From Spirochaetales bacterium (lineage in GTDB: Bacteria; Spirochaetota; Spirochaetia; DSM-27196; SLAA01): a DNA stretch of 58,338 nucleotides. Position 1 is the first letter of the stretch; every line of letters begins with the position of its first letter. Shown one piece after another: positions 9,399 to 18,530 of this stretch. The stretch spans positions 1 through 58,338 of the forward strand of contig SLAA01000117.1 in the NCBI GenBank assembly GCA_007127105.1, read 5' to 3'. Below the pieces are notes generated by a model, which ran no database searches, was not told the DNA's origin, and worked only from the letters and a program-made list of their open reading frames with translations. The position numbers and the translations under genes are program-made.

Positions 9399-9914
9399 AT
9401 GAAAATCGCAAATCACGTATTTACCAGGGCTTTTCGAGGCTGTCTCCTAGCCAGCGTGGCGCTACTGATGGTGCCGGTGGCAGCGAGTACCGTGACACCC
9501 GAGGAGTTTCGCCAGGTTGTCGCCTTCGACGTCACCGTTGCGTCGCTTGCCGAGGCTGCCGAGAACGATCCCGAAGCGCTCCTGAACGACAGTCGCATGT
9601 TCATTGTTGACGGTGTGGTCGGCTCGGTTACCGTCATTGACGACAACCCGGACAGCTACTTGGTTCAACTTGAACTGGTAGACGGGCGTTGGTACGGCAC
9701 CCAGCGAATTGATGTTTTCCGAGTGTACGTGCTCGCCGAAGGGCCTGAATACGAGGCGTTCTTTCCGGCACGACCCGCGGCAGATGCCGGAGGCTCGGTA
9801 ATCCAACGCAATGAGCGTGTGCTTATTGCGGCCCGAATAGCCGACATCTTTGAGGATCAGCGTGGTGGTCGGTATGCTGTATTGGCTGCGCAGGAGCTGC
9901 GGGTTATCCGTTAA
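9399..9914 (+). CDS. Hypothetical secreted protein, possibly OB-fold
   Basis: GAGG SD; signal peptide (CLLASVALLMVPVAA); beta-rich mature part; stop overlaps the convergent gene (TTAA). Confidence 0.7.
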   Translation: MKIANHVFTRAFRGCLLASVALLMVPVAASTVTPEEFRQVVAFDVTVASLAEAAENDPEALLNDSRMFIVDGVVGSVTVIDDNPDSYLVQLELVDGRWYGTQRIDVFRVYVLAEGPEYEAFFPARPAADAGGSVIQRNERVLIAARIADIFEDQRGGRYAVLAAQELRVIR

Positions 9915-11095
9915 CTCAAAAGCCGAATGTCCGTGGCCCTAAGTTCCACGCGATCACTATGTTGAATTGATCTTTCTAGGACGTTCATGACTTCTCGGAC
10001 ATTGCCCGGCCAGGTCTGCTGCATAAGAAAGTGGAGCGCTTCCTCACTGAGGTACCGTCTTGGTGGCTGATGTCCGTTTCTTACCCGAGCCAACGCAGTT
10101 TCATGCAAATTCTGAAGTATGTGGTCGGCGAGTAAGGGAATGTCCTCAACGCGCTCTCGTAAAGGTCTAAGTCGATGTACGAGTACCGTCAGCCGATGGT
10201 ACAGATCGTTGCGGAACTTCCCGGCTCGAACCTCAGCGGCCAGATCTCTATTTGTCGCTGCAACAACCCTCACATCTACCACTCGACTACGAGTAGCTCC
10301 TACCCTGCGCACCTGGCCCTCCTCAAGCACACGCAGCAGTTTCGCCTGTGCCAGGAGGCTCATTTCACCGATTTCGTCTAGAAAGAGGGTTCCGCGATGG
10401 GCAGTTTCAAAAAGCCCTGGACGGCTAACCGCGTCGGTGTAGGCGCCCCGTTCCGATCCAAACAGTTCACTCTCTGCAAGCGAATCTGGAATGGCACCAC
10501 AGTTCTGGGCATGGAAGGGACCGGCATTCCGATGAGAGAGCTCATGCAGCGCCCGTGCTGCAAGGTCCTTTCCCGTGCCACTCTCGCCAAGAAACAGGAC
10601 AGGTGAGTCAGACAGGCAGTAGCGCTGGAGTACGCGTCTCAGTTCAACCGAAGCATCGCTGAGACCGACAATAGCTCCAAGCGGACCCGGCTCGGGTTGG
10701 CTTGGCGTAGAGTGACGGGGCACGAGTGGTAAGGCGGCATGGACGTGCTCTACAACCTTCTCCGGCGTCGCCGGAAGGAACACACAGTCATGTACACCCA
10801 TTCGCATGAGTTTCACGACAAGATCGGGCACCAGGCTCGGACTCAAAGCTATAACGCGGGGGCTACTGGAATGAATTCCACATTCGGACAAAACGGAGGA
10901 GGTCACGGCAATTGCCAAGGCGTTTGCCGGGACGCCAATGAGAACAACGTCCGGAGAACTTCTCTGGAGAACTTTCGGGAGGTCGGAAGACTCAGCAACA
11001 GGAATTACCGCGAAATGCTCCTCAAGGAGGTACGGTAGTTCGGTTCCAATCACATCTTCGGTATCGCAGATTGCGACCTTGGGAAGGTATCGCAT
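9911..11095 (-). CDS. Sigma-54-dependent activator (bEBP) with atypical receiver and no C-terminal HTH
   Basis: GESGTGKD Walker A, ESELFG..GAYTDA, GTLFLDEIGE Walker B, FRNDLYHRL, WPGNVRE; protein ends about 25 aa later. Confidence 0.88.
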   Translation of the reverse strand: MRYLPKVAICDTEDVIGTELPYLLEEHFAVIPVAESSDLPKVLQRSSPDVVLIGVPANALAIAVTSSVLSECGIHSSSPRVIALSPSLVPDLVVKLMRMGVHDCVFLPATPEKVVEHVHAALPLVPRHSTPSQPEPGPLGAIVGLSDASVELRRVLQRYCLSDSPVLFLGESGTGKDLAARALHELSHRNAGPFHAQNCGAIPDSLAESELFGSERGAYTDAVSRPGLFETAHRGTLFLDEIGEMSLLAQAKLLRVLEEGQVRRVGATRSRVVDVRVVAATNRDLAAEVRAGKFRNDLYHRLTVLVHRLRPLRERVEDIPLLADHILQNLHETALARVRNGHQPPRRYLSEEALHFLMQQTWPGNVREVMNVLERSIQHSDRVELRATDIRLLS

Positions 11096-11192
11096 CACAG
11101 GCCTCACATGGGTACATGGACTGTGCGACAGGTAAGTGAAAATGAAGTTCAAAGGCCAGCCAAATGGAGCTGCTCCCGGTAGAGATGCGCCT

Positions 11193-11238
11193 TAACCACC
11201 GCGAGTGAGATTATATAGAGCAGCGTGAGCGGTGGTTA
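11193..11238. promoter_or_regulatory. 10-bp inverted repeat flanking a leftward TATAAT (candidate operator)
   Basis: TAACCACCGC (11193-11202) ... GCGGTGGTTA (11229-11238); ATTATA at 11210-11215 in the spacer. Confidence 0.45.
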
Positions 11239-11367
11239 GAGCGAAAACAGCAATTTCAACGAAATTCATGAAAAATTTGGGCCTGGATGCCAGGACACGG
11301 TCGCTTCACAGGATGATGAAAGATCTGTTGGCAATTGGGTCTCACTCGGCATAGAGTGTAAGGCAAC

Positions 11368-11892
11368 ATGCGCAACGAAAACCTCCGGGCCTACTTCGAT
11401 GAAGCTCGTATTCTGCGGCTTTTTTTTCTCGAGTTACTCGTCGCGCTCCTGATCATTGCCGACACCTTTGTCTATATCCTGCTGTCTGAGTATGTCGGGG
11501 TATTTATCTTACTTGCCGCTGGTGGCGTAACCGCCCTGCCTGGAATCTACATTGTCTATAACTCAATTCAGAACACCCTTGGCGCGGTACGAGCACGCGT
11601 GCGCATGGGCCGGTATCCTCGCCTTGAGTACGCCGGTCTTGCCGGTCTCCTTTTGTCCGGAATACTGCTTGTCCTACCGGGCTTCTTCTCAGACATCATT
11701 GGCGTGCTGCTCTACATTCTACCAATACGGCTCGCGGTTGGCTTATTGATTTGCTCCCGGCTTGAGGCCCCGCTCAATGACGCCTACGAGCATCTTAAGC
11801 TTGAAGAGTACACCGGCCTCTCAACGCATCCCGCCGTGCCTGCCGCCGAGACTCAAAGTAACGACGAAACACTCACTCAAGAACCGTCCTGA
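11368..11892 (+). CDS. fxsA: FxsA family membrane protein
   Basis: LLSGILLVLPGFFSDIIGVLLYILPIR signature; TM helices. Confidence 0.78.
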   Translation: MRNENLRAYFDEARILRLFFLELLVALLIIADTFVYILLSEYVGVFILLAAGGVTALPGIYIVYNSIQNTLGAVRARVRMGRYPRLEYAGLAGLLLSGILLVLPGFFSDIIGVLLYILPIRLAVGLLICSRLEAPLNDAYEHLKLEEYTGLSTHPAVPAAETQSNDETLTQEPS

Positions 11893-14800
11893 GCGCCTGC
11901 TCCGGAAGCTCCGGTTGTGGTGCCACCAGTTGCTCTCGTCCGGAACGGAGGTAGTACAGAAACACGTCTGGTTCCTCGCCAAATAGCTCGGCTGCGGCCC
12001 GTCGGTACAGCTCCAACTGCACCGCATAGTTCTCCGGTTTTTCAACAAGGTCGGTCTTGTAGTCCACAACCACCCGCTTCCCACGATATCGAAATGACAG
12101 GTCAATACTCCCGTTAAGCACAATATGCTCGTAGGGGGAGTCCGGCCGGAAAACGAACTCCAACTCAGTCTCGCGTGCCGGGTCTGCAATGGCCTGTAGC
12201 CCCACAGGTGATCCTAGAAAGGCCTCCACGGCAGTTTCCGCCTCGGCATGCAGGAGGGCGCGCTCAGGCTCGCTCAGCCTGGAGAAAAGCTGCCTGCTCA
12301 GACGTTCATCCTGCTCTACCGGCTCAACGGGAGAAGCGGCTGTTTCGGACGCGGGGACTGGGCCGAGCACCGTTTCGGACGCGCGGGCTGGGCCAGGGGC
12401 AGGTGACAGGCCTGGATCCAGGGCCCGCTCCAGCAATGCGTGCACATAGGTGCCAAAGGCTGCCTCAAGACCGTGATCGTGAAGGAGCGTCTCAAGACGT
12501 CCCGGGGTACCGGTGTCCGGCTTTGCCGCAGTCCCCGCCTCCGCAGTACCTGGGCCCTCCTCGGTCGCTTCACGATACATCGCATTGAGTTCACTAACCG
12601 CAAAGGCATAGCGCTCCGCAGGGCGACGCACAACTGACTCTGGTTCAGGCAGCTTCTCTACCGCGACCGAAAACCGGTTGGATGTGGCGTGTTTGAGTCC
12701 AGCCGTCTGCAGCTGTTTCTGCGTGACGGGAGCTATGAGTTTGAGCGGCACCTCTGCGTGTTGGAGCATGAGCAGATGACAGTTGCTGGTGGTCGCGCCA
12801 TGCTTGTTCAGGACGCCCGTCACAACCAGGTGGTACTGAGCCCGGGTCAGCGCCACATACAAGAGCCGCTTGAGTTCGGCAGTATCCTTGGCGGACTCTT
12901 CCTCCCTGGCACGTCTATAGAAATAGTTCGAGGCGCCCTGGCTGTGCAAGCGTTCGCCCGACCTGAGGCGCAAGCAGGGGCCAAACTGCTCGGAAATATA
13001 GCATGGCGCCCCACCGTCCGAGTTCCTGCCTTTGTTCCCGGTATTGGCCAGGAAAACAATAGGGAACTGGAGACCTTTGGATCGATGTATTGTCAGCAGC
13101 TGAACTCCCGTCTCCTCTTCGCGCAGTATTGAGGCATCTTCAAACTTCTTGTAGTCGCCCAGGTTTGCACGCAGTACAGCAAGGAACTCCCACACGGTTT
13201 GCGTCGGATCCCCGGCAGCCAGCGCAAAGAGGTAGTCGTAGTACTCCAGATAGGGGTGATAGTCCGAGTCAGCCACCAGATAGTAGCGGTAGCCATAGAG
13301 GTACCAAATATCCTCCAACAACTCAGTCACCGGCACCCGCCCGGCCTTGTCACGTAGAGCAGAGTACATCTCAACCCCACGCGCAAAGCGCTGGCCGTCC
13401 TCGCCCTCATGAAGGTTGACACCAAAGGGCACTCCGCTGAACGCTACCAACTCACGCACCATCGCTTCATCCGAGAGTGCTACCAATGGCCCACGCAGAA
13501 CGGCCGCGTAGGATAGAGATTCCTCCGGATACAGAACTAGCCTAAGGAGATGGTAGATGTCGTAACTCGGCGCCTCGAGGAACAGGCTGCGGACGTCTCC
13601 GGAGTTGTACGGAACCCCAAAGCGCCGCAGAAGTCGCTCATAGCGAATCTGGTTTGAGCCAGACCGCATGAGTATTGCTATATCCCGGTACTCGGCCGGA
13701 CGCACGGTACCGTCTTCCTCCGCAACGCTCCAGCGGCCGGAGCGAATGCCCTCACTAATGGTAGAGGCTACGAAATACGCCTCAATGTCGTCGGATGCGG
13801 CCAGCTCCTCTTCGTCGACTGCGTCCTGCGGCTGATCGTAAGCATACACAGATATCTCTGGCTCAATTCCGGGGGTGGCCTCCCGTGACTCCAGCGGACG
13901 AAACTCTGCCTCCCATGGTTGACGCTGCCCATCGGCCGCTTCCATCACCGTGGGGAACACCTCGTTGCAGAACTCCACCAGCGCAGGCTCGCTGCGATAG
14001 TTGGCCGCGAGTTCCAGGACAACTCCACCCACCGATCTCAGCTCCTCGGCAAGCGTGCGGAACACGGCGACATCGGCTCCGCGAAACCGATAAATGGACT
14101 GCTTGTCGTCGCCTACAAAGAACAACTTGCTCGCCTCCAGTTCGACCGCACGCGGAACCGCTTCACCACAGAGATCGTTACGCTCGGAGAGAAGATACAG
14201 CAGCTCCTTCTGCAACGGATCGTTGTCCTGAAACTCATCAATCAGCAGGGCGCGGAACCGTTTCTTGTAGTAGCTCCGCAGCTCAGACGACCGCCGGAGC
14301 GCTTCAACCGCAAGAAGCACAACATCGCGATACGACAACACCGCCTGAGATCGTTTGCGCTCTAGAATGCGGCTCTGCAGCTCGGCAAAAAGGGTAAACA
14401 GCTCTGCGAGCCGCGGCCTCAACTCCAGGGTTGCGAGCGCCTCTGCCAGGTTTTCGCGCTCCTGTTTGAGAACTGGTTGCAACTCCTTGTATGACTCGGC
14501 CGCGCTACTCGTCTGGCGACCCCGCAGGCCACTGAAGGTCTCAAGCTCCGATGCAGCTCGCAACAGTTCCTCCGGACTACAGTCGCCGTCACCCCACACC
14601 GGGTCACTCCGCAGCCTGTCAGCGGTTTCAATGAGGCCACTCAAGCTTGGCGGTGCAGGGCCGTCAATGCGCGAGATGTTATACAGCAACTCAGCGACGG
14701 CGCTGCGCGCGCGGGCGATGTCCCTTTCCAGGGTCTTCATTTGCAGGGAGTGCAGTGCCGCGAAGTCTGTTGGACGAGCAGGCGACATCAGCTGTGTAGC

Positions 14801-15289
14801 AAGCGGCACAAAGCATCCGTGGAGTGCGGCGTCGACTCCTTGCTCGGCTATCAGCCGTTTCAGGGCCGAATGCCCGGCACGCTCCCTGAGGAACGCGAGA
14901 CTGCTTTCCTCGGCAAGCTGCGACACGGCCGCCGGGTCAACGGTGAAGGAGGGAGGGAGGCCAAACTCAGGTGCTGCACTCGCAGCGACCTCGGAACAGA
15001 AACTGTCAAGGGTTGCAATGGTCGCTTCATCAAAACGCTCCAGCTCACGCCGAACAAACTCGTCCTCGGCGTGAGCGGCGAGACCAGCGTAAATGCGTTC
15101 GTACATCTCCATTGCGGCCTTGCGAGTAAAGGTAAGCGTAAGAATGCTCCGTACTGGAATTCGGTCCTGCAGGACAAGCCGTAGATATCGCTCGGCCAGG
15201 ACACGAGTTTTTCCCGACCCTGCCCCTGCAAGAACTACGGTGTTCCGCTGTTCGTTGACAGCGGCTTGTTGTGCCTGACTCATCTGCAT
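11873..15289 (-). CDS. addA: AddA/RecB-like UvrD helicase-nuclease
   Basis: AGAGSGKT, LTFTRKAA, LIDEFQD, FVGDDKQSIYRFRGA, LTIHRSKGLQF, LYVALTRA, C-terminal GSIDL..VVDYKTD..QLELY nuclease; AGGAG SD before ATG 15289. Confidence 0.9.
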   Translation of the reverse strand: MQMSQAQQAAVNEQRNTVVLAGAGSGKTRVLAERYLRLVLQDRIPVRSILTLTFTRKAAMEMYERIYAGLAAHAEDEFVRRELERFDEATIATLDSFCSEVAASAAPEFGLPPSFTVDPAAVSQLAEESSLAFLRERAGHSALKRLIAEQGVDAALHGCFVPLATQLMSPARPTDFAALHSLQMKTLERDIARARSAVAELLYNISRIDGPAPPSLSGLIETADRLRSDPVWGDGDCSPEELLRAASELETFSGLRGRQTSSAAESYKELQPVLKQERENLAEALATLELRPRLAELFTLFAELQSRILERKRSQAVLSYRDVVLLAVEALRRSSELRSYYKKRFRALLIDEFQDNDPLQKELLYLLSERNDLCGEAVPRAVELEASKLFFVGDDKQSIYRFRGADVAVFRTLAEELRSVGGVVLELAANYRSEPALVEFCNEVFPTVMEAADGQRQPWEAEFRPLESREATPGIEPEISVYAYDQPQDAVDEEELAASDDIEAYFVASTISEGIRSGRWSVAEEDGTVRPAEYRDIAILMRSGSNQIRYERLLRRFGVPYNSGDVRSLFLEAPSYDIYHLLRLVLYPEESLSYAAVLRGPLVALSDEAMVRELVAFSGVPFGVNLHEGEDGQRFARGVEMYSALRDKAGRVPVTELLEDIWYLYGYRYYLVADSDYHPYLEYYDYLFALAAGDPTQTVWEFLAVLRANLGDYKKFEDASILREEETGVQLLTIHRSKGLQFPIVFLANTGNKGRNSDGGAPCYISEQFGPCLRLRSGERLHSQGASNYFYRRAREEESAKDTAELKRLLYVALTRAQYHLVVTGVLNKHGATTSNCHLLMLQHAEVPLKLIAPVTQKQLQTAGLKHATSNRFSVAVEKLPEPESVVRRPAERYAFAVSELNAMYREATEEGPGTAEAGTAAKPDTGTPGRLETLLHDHGLEAAFGTYVHALLERALDPGLSPAPGPARASETVLGPVPASETAASPVEPVEQDERLSRQLFSRLSEPERALLHAEAETAVEAFLGSPVGLQAIADPARETELEFVFRPDSPYEHIVLNGSIDLSFRYRGKRVVVDYKTDLVEKPENYAVQLELYRRAAAELFGEEPDVFLYYLRSGREQLVAPQPELPEQALRTVLE

Positions 15290-15318
15290 TGTGTTGACTC
15301 CTTGCTTCCGGTAGAGGC

Positions 15319-18066
15319 TTAGGCGAATCGAAGGTGAAACTTCGCCCGACATATCCCGGGGAAGGCGCAGTTTTCACAACCGGCCGCGTCAGGCATTTGA
15401 TACTCGCCTGCCTGTATTCCGGCAACACAGGTGTGTATGAGGGTCCGCACAGATTGTACAGCTGCTTCTCGATCCTCCGAGTCCAGGTAGCTCTTGCGCT
15501 CGGCGGGCCCAAATACCGCTTCATACCTGGTCGACTCAATCCCCACATAGTACGCCGCCTTGGCTGGCCGACCATATTCCTCCCGCAGCATGAGATCATA
15601 CAGAGGTATCTGAAGGCTCTCGGGCCCGTCCTCACCTGGGGTCAGCTGCCTGGACTTAGGAATGTTCTTGCGCTTGTAGTCCAGAAACACGTACTCACCG
15701 TCGGACAACGCTCCTATCCTGTCTACCCGCCCGGTAAGAACTACCGGATGCTCAGCAAGCTCTATGTGCAGGCTTTTCTCCAGCTCCATGACCGAGACGC
15801 CCTCAAGCAGCTCCACCTCCTGTTCAAGGAGTTCCCACAGGTAGTCGGCCGCTCTGAGCGCGGAGGCGGGATAGGCTGCCGAGTCCAACTCCAGCTGCGC
15901 GGGAGCCCAGGACTCCAGGGTCTCTCGAATTGCGTCCTCAAGATAGACCTTGTAAACGGGGAGTTGGGAGCTGCGAAAGGCTCCATCTGATGTGGACTCT
16001 GCGGCAATGCGCCGAAAGAGTACTTCAAGAATTCGGTGGTAGAGCGTTCCGGTATCAAGGGCAGACTCGTACTCCCGCTCGGAGCTCACTTCACGCAGTT
16101 TCAGTCCATACTGCAAAAGATATCCAAAGGGGCAGTTGCGATATGCCTCAATAGGGCCGGAGGACAGCGCAATGCGGGCCTTTTCCGCCTCGGTGGCAAC
16201 GCCGGACTGTGGGCGTGGGCGTGGCGTCACGACCGCACGCAACGCTTCGGAAAGCGGTGTAAGGTTCAGCCCCGGCGGGCGGGTGTTCGGCTGCACATCC
16301 CGGAGTCTGCTCCGAGACAACTGCTGTACCGGATACCGAGCTTTTTTCGAGAGCGGATCGGACAGTTCGTCAATATATCGATCCTTACTACGGTCACGGT
16401 GAAATGCCTGAGCAGCATGTGCGAGTGAGAAGGCTGGCTCGGGCAACTCGGCCCCATGAAAGCCCTCTCGAGAGGCGCTAAACACCACCCGCTCGCCCGA
16501 CGTCGCATACAGGCGCAGCACCGCCTCGCTTTGATCTGTGGTGGACAGTCCTAACGCGGCCTTGTGATCCTCACGCACAAAGGAAAAGGGGTCGCTCTTC
16601 AGGCGGCAGTTGCGCTGGGTTGTTCCCATGACAAAGTGGAGCCGCGGTGCGCTTCCAGCCGCCACCCGGTACGAGTACACCGGAATACCGGAGGCAGGGC
16701 GGCGTGGAACATAAGACTCCTTGCGCAGCAACGACACCCAGATGCGAGCGGCATGGAGCTTGTGCTCGCCTATATACTCGGCCGCACCAACAAGCTCTTG
16801 CAGCAGAACCAGGGCGCGCTCATAGACACGCTCACTCTCTGTGTCCCATGCGCTAGAGTCCAAAAGTTCACGGCCAAACTCCATGACCGCGGTTTGCAAA
16901 GCTCGGAAACTCCCTGCCCTCGCTATAGCCTCAAGAGGGCGGGAAAACCGCTCAAAGGTTCGCAGCAGGGCGGCGCCGGTACGGGGATGGTGCCTGGCAA
17001 CAGCCTTCAACCGCGTGCGAACCTCGGTCGCTCGCCCTTCGGCGCCGTGTTCTACCATCCCGTCAAGCATGGTGAACATTTCCTCAGGGTTGCGCCACGG
17101 CACAGCCGGATTGCGAATGAGCGCAGCAAGTGCTGTAACGGTATATCCGCCCTCTGCGGCCTCAAGCAGACGAGGAAAAATGCCAGCTCCAATGGAGTCG
17201 GTGAGCGGGGACCCACCCCGGAACTGCAGCGGTATCTCCCGCAGGCGCGCCTCGGACTCAAGAAAGGGGCGGATTGAGTCAGCATTCCCAACAGTCAGCA
17301 TGATCTCGTGCTGTGCGATACCCGAATCAAGCGCCTGTTCAATCTCATCCAGCACGGCCCGAATCTCTTCAATAGCCGTTCCGTACACTCTCAGCTCGGG
17401 CAAGGGCAGGTTGGCAGTCGGTACTATACTAATGTCTTTGCAGTCGGCAACAATCGAGCTAAACATGTTGAAGTCGTCTATGGTGTCAGAAAAGAAAATG
17501 TAGGTGTGCCGAGCCGGTGACAGCCGTTCCGGCCGGAGTGATCCGGGTTCAAAAAGTCCGTGCTGATCCAGGAAGTCCTGATACTCGGCAGACAGGCGTT
17601 GATAGTCCTCAAATACTGCCGTTTCAAGAAGAGGCGTGTCGGCCTCCTTTGTCTCATCTAACAGAGCAGCGAGCGAGGGCAGGATTGCGGAGATGTACTC
17701 CGCAAAGGCTCCCGAGTTGGCCGCAAAGCTACGCGGGACAAGCGCTTCAAGAAAGGGCTCGTTGAGATTCTGGATGGTCAGCAGCTCGGCAAAGAGCCGC
17801 CGAATGAGGGAGTTTACAGGACGGCGCTCAGATCGGAGGAAGAACGCAGACTCTTTGAAGCTGTCCCAGGACAGGAACCTATTCGCACGAACCGCACGCG
17901 CTCTGCCTGGAGAGTGAGCCGTAGTTGAGGTTGAGGTTGAGGTTGAGGCAGCGGCAGTGGCGGCGTTACGCCGGTCACGCGCAACGGTCTCGGAGGGAAA
18001 CACGAAATCGCATTCCTGACCTACCTCGGCAATGAGCTTTGCTACGGCATCCTGATACTGGCCCAT
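15319..18066 (-). CDS. addB: AddB-like PD-(D/E)XK nuclease subunit
   Basis: YRNCPF, GTLYHRILE, LTGRVDRI, LDYKR, LQIPLY, CENCAFPGIC Fe-S staple; adjacent to addA. Confidence 0.82.
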   Translation of the reverse strand: MGQYQDAVAKLIAEVGQECDFVFPSETVARDRRNAATAAASTSTSTSTTAHSPGRARAVRANRFLSWDSFKESAFFLRSERRPVNSLIRRLFAELLTIQNLNEPFLEALVPRSFAANSGAFAEYISAILPSLAALLDETKEADTPLLETAVFEDYQRLSAEYQDFLDQHGLFEPGSLRPERLSPARHTYIFFSDTIDDFNMFSSIVADCKDISIVPTANLPLPELRVYGTAIEEIRAVLDEIEQALDSGIAQHEIMLTVGNADSIRPFLESEARLREIPLQFRGGSPLTDSIGAGIFPRLLEAAEGGYTVTALAALIRNPAVPWRNPEEMFTMLDGMVEHGAEGRATEVRTRLKAVARHHPRTGAALLRTFERFSRPLEAIARAGSFRALQTAVMEFGRELLDSSAWDTESERVYERALVLLQELVGAAEYIGEHKLHAARIWVSLLRKESYVPRRPASGIPVYSYRVAAGSAPRLHFVMGTTQRNCRLKSDPFSFVREDHKAALGLSTTDQSEAVLRLYATSGERVVFSASREGFHGAELPEPAFSLAHAAQAFHRDRSKDRYIDELSDPLSKKARYPVQQLSRSRLRDVQPNTRPPGLNLTPLSEALRAVVTPRPRPQSGVATEAEKARIALSSGPIEAYRNCPFGYLLQYGLKLREVSSEREYESALDTGTLYHRILEVLFRRIAAESTSDGAFRSSQLPVYKVYLEDAIRETLESWAPAQLELDSAAYPASALRAADYLWELLEQEVELLEGVSVMELEKSLHIELAEHPVVLTGRVDRIGALSDGEYVFLDYKRKNIPKSRQLTPGEDGPESLQIPLYDLMLREEYGRPAKAAYYVGIESTRYEAVFGPAERKSYLDSEDREAAVQSVRTLIHTCVAGIQAGEYQMPDAAGCENCAFPGICRAKFHLRFA
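17924..17947. repeat. GTTGAG x4 tandem repeat (poly-ST) near the addB 5' end
   Basis: Read directly; encodes STSTSTST. Confidence 0.85.
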
Positions 18067-18151
18067 ATATCCCCCTTCCTGGACCCGGAAATCCCGGTGC
18101 CGCATTCAGAACCGGCCGAGCTATGCCCGCCGAATCTCGGCCTCTTAACCG

Positions 18152-18179
18152 TAAACGATCGTAGCAACTGCGCCGATAA
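18152..18179 (+). promoter_or_regulatory. Sigma-28 (FliA/SigD) promoter
   Basis: TAAA-N16-GCCGATAA, exact consensus boxes. Confidence 0.8.
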
Positions 18180-18202
18180 TAAGAAAGGGAGGAACACAAA
18201 GG

Positions 18203-18433
18203 ATGACAGATTCAACGCATGGAGCTCGGTACAAAGTTAAAGGGATCGACGGTGTGGAGACCTACATTCGCGTGCTTGCCGACCATGGTGACGGGTTCGA
18301 CATCCTCATCACCAGTGTCAGCAATGGTCGGATCAAGGAGTCAAGCGAGTTCATTGCTCGCGAGCTGCTCGAGGCCTGTCTCCGCACGGGATATATCTGC
18401 CCTGCTCCCGCAGAGAAAGTAGCTATAGCATAA
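18203..18433 (+). CDS. Small hypothetical protein (76 aa), probably sigma-28 controlled
   Basis: Strong GGGAGG SD; lies alone in the intergenic gap; globular-looking sequence ending LLEACLRTGYI. Confidence 0.75.
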   Translation: MTDSTHGARYKVKGIDGVETYIRVLADHGDGFDILITSVSNGRIKESSEFIARELLEACLRTGYICPAPAEKVAIA

Positions 18434-18493
18434 CACCATCGGCGGGAGTGAGCGGAGCCTTTTCCCGTCTCAAAATTACCTTGGCCTACACCC

Positions 18494-18522
18494 TTGTCTT
18501 AAAGAATAAGCATAGTTATCAT
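18494..18522 (+). promoter_or_regulatory. Sigma-70 promoter, nearly leaderless, for the TPR-DHH-TraB operon
   Basis: TTGTCT-N17-TATCAT, 8 nt before ATG 18531, no SD. Confidence 0.55.
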
Positions 18523-18530
18523 GGGCCGGT

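Noticed and set aside
14355-17503. Several 200+ aa plus-strand ORFs opposite addA/addB
   Set aside because: Antisense shadows typical of GC-rich coding DNA; no motifs or RBS
11873-18066. Helicase plus PD-(D/E)XK nuclease as an anti-phage or Cas4-type system
   Set aside because: Architecture and order match housekeeping AddAB; no CRISPR array or defence context
18441-18469. Hairpin after the 76-aa gene as an intrinsic terminator
   Set aside because: Only a 7-8 bp stem with G:U pairs, a large loop and no U-tract
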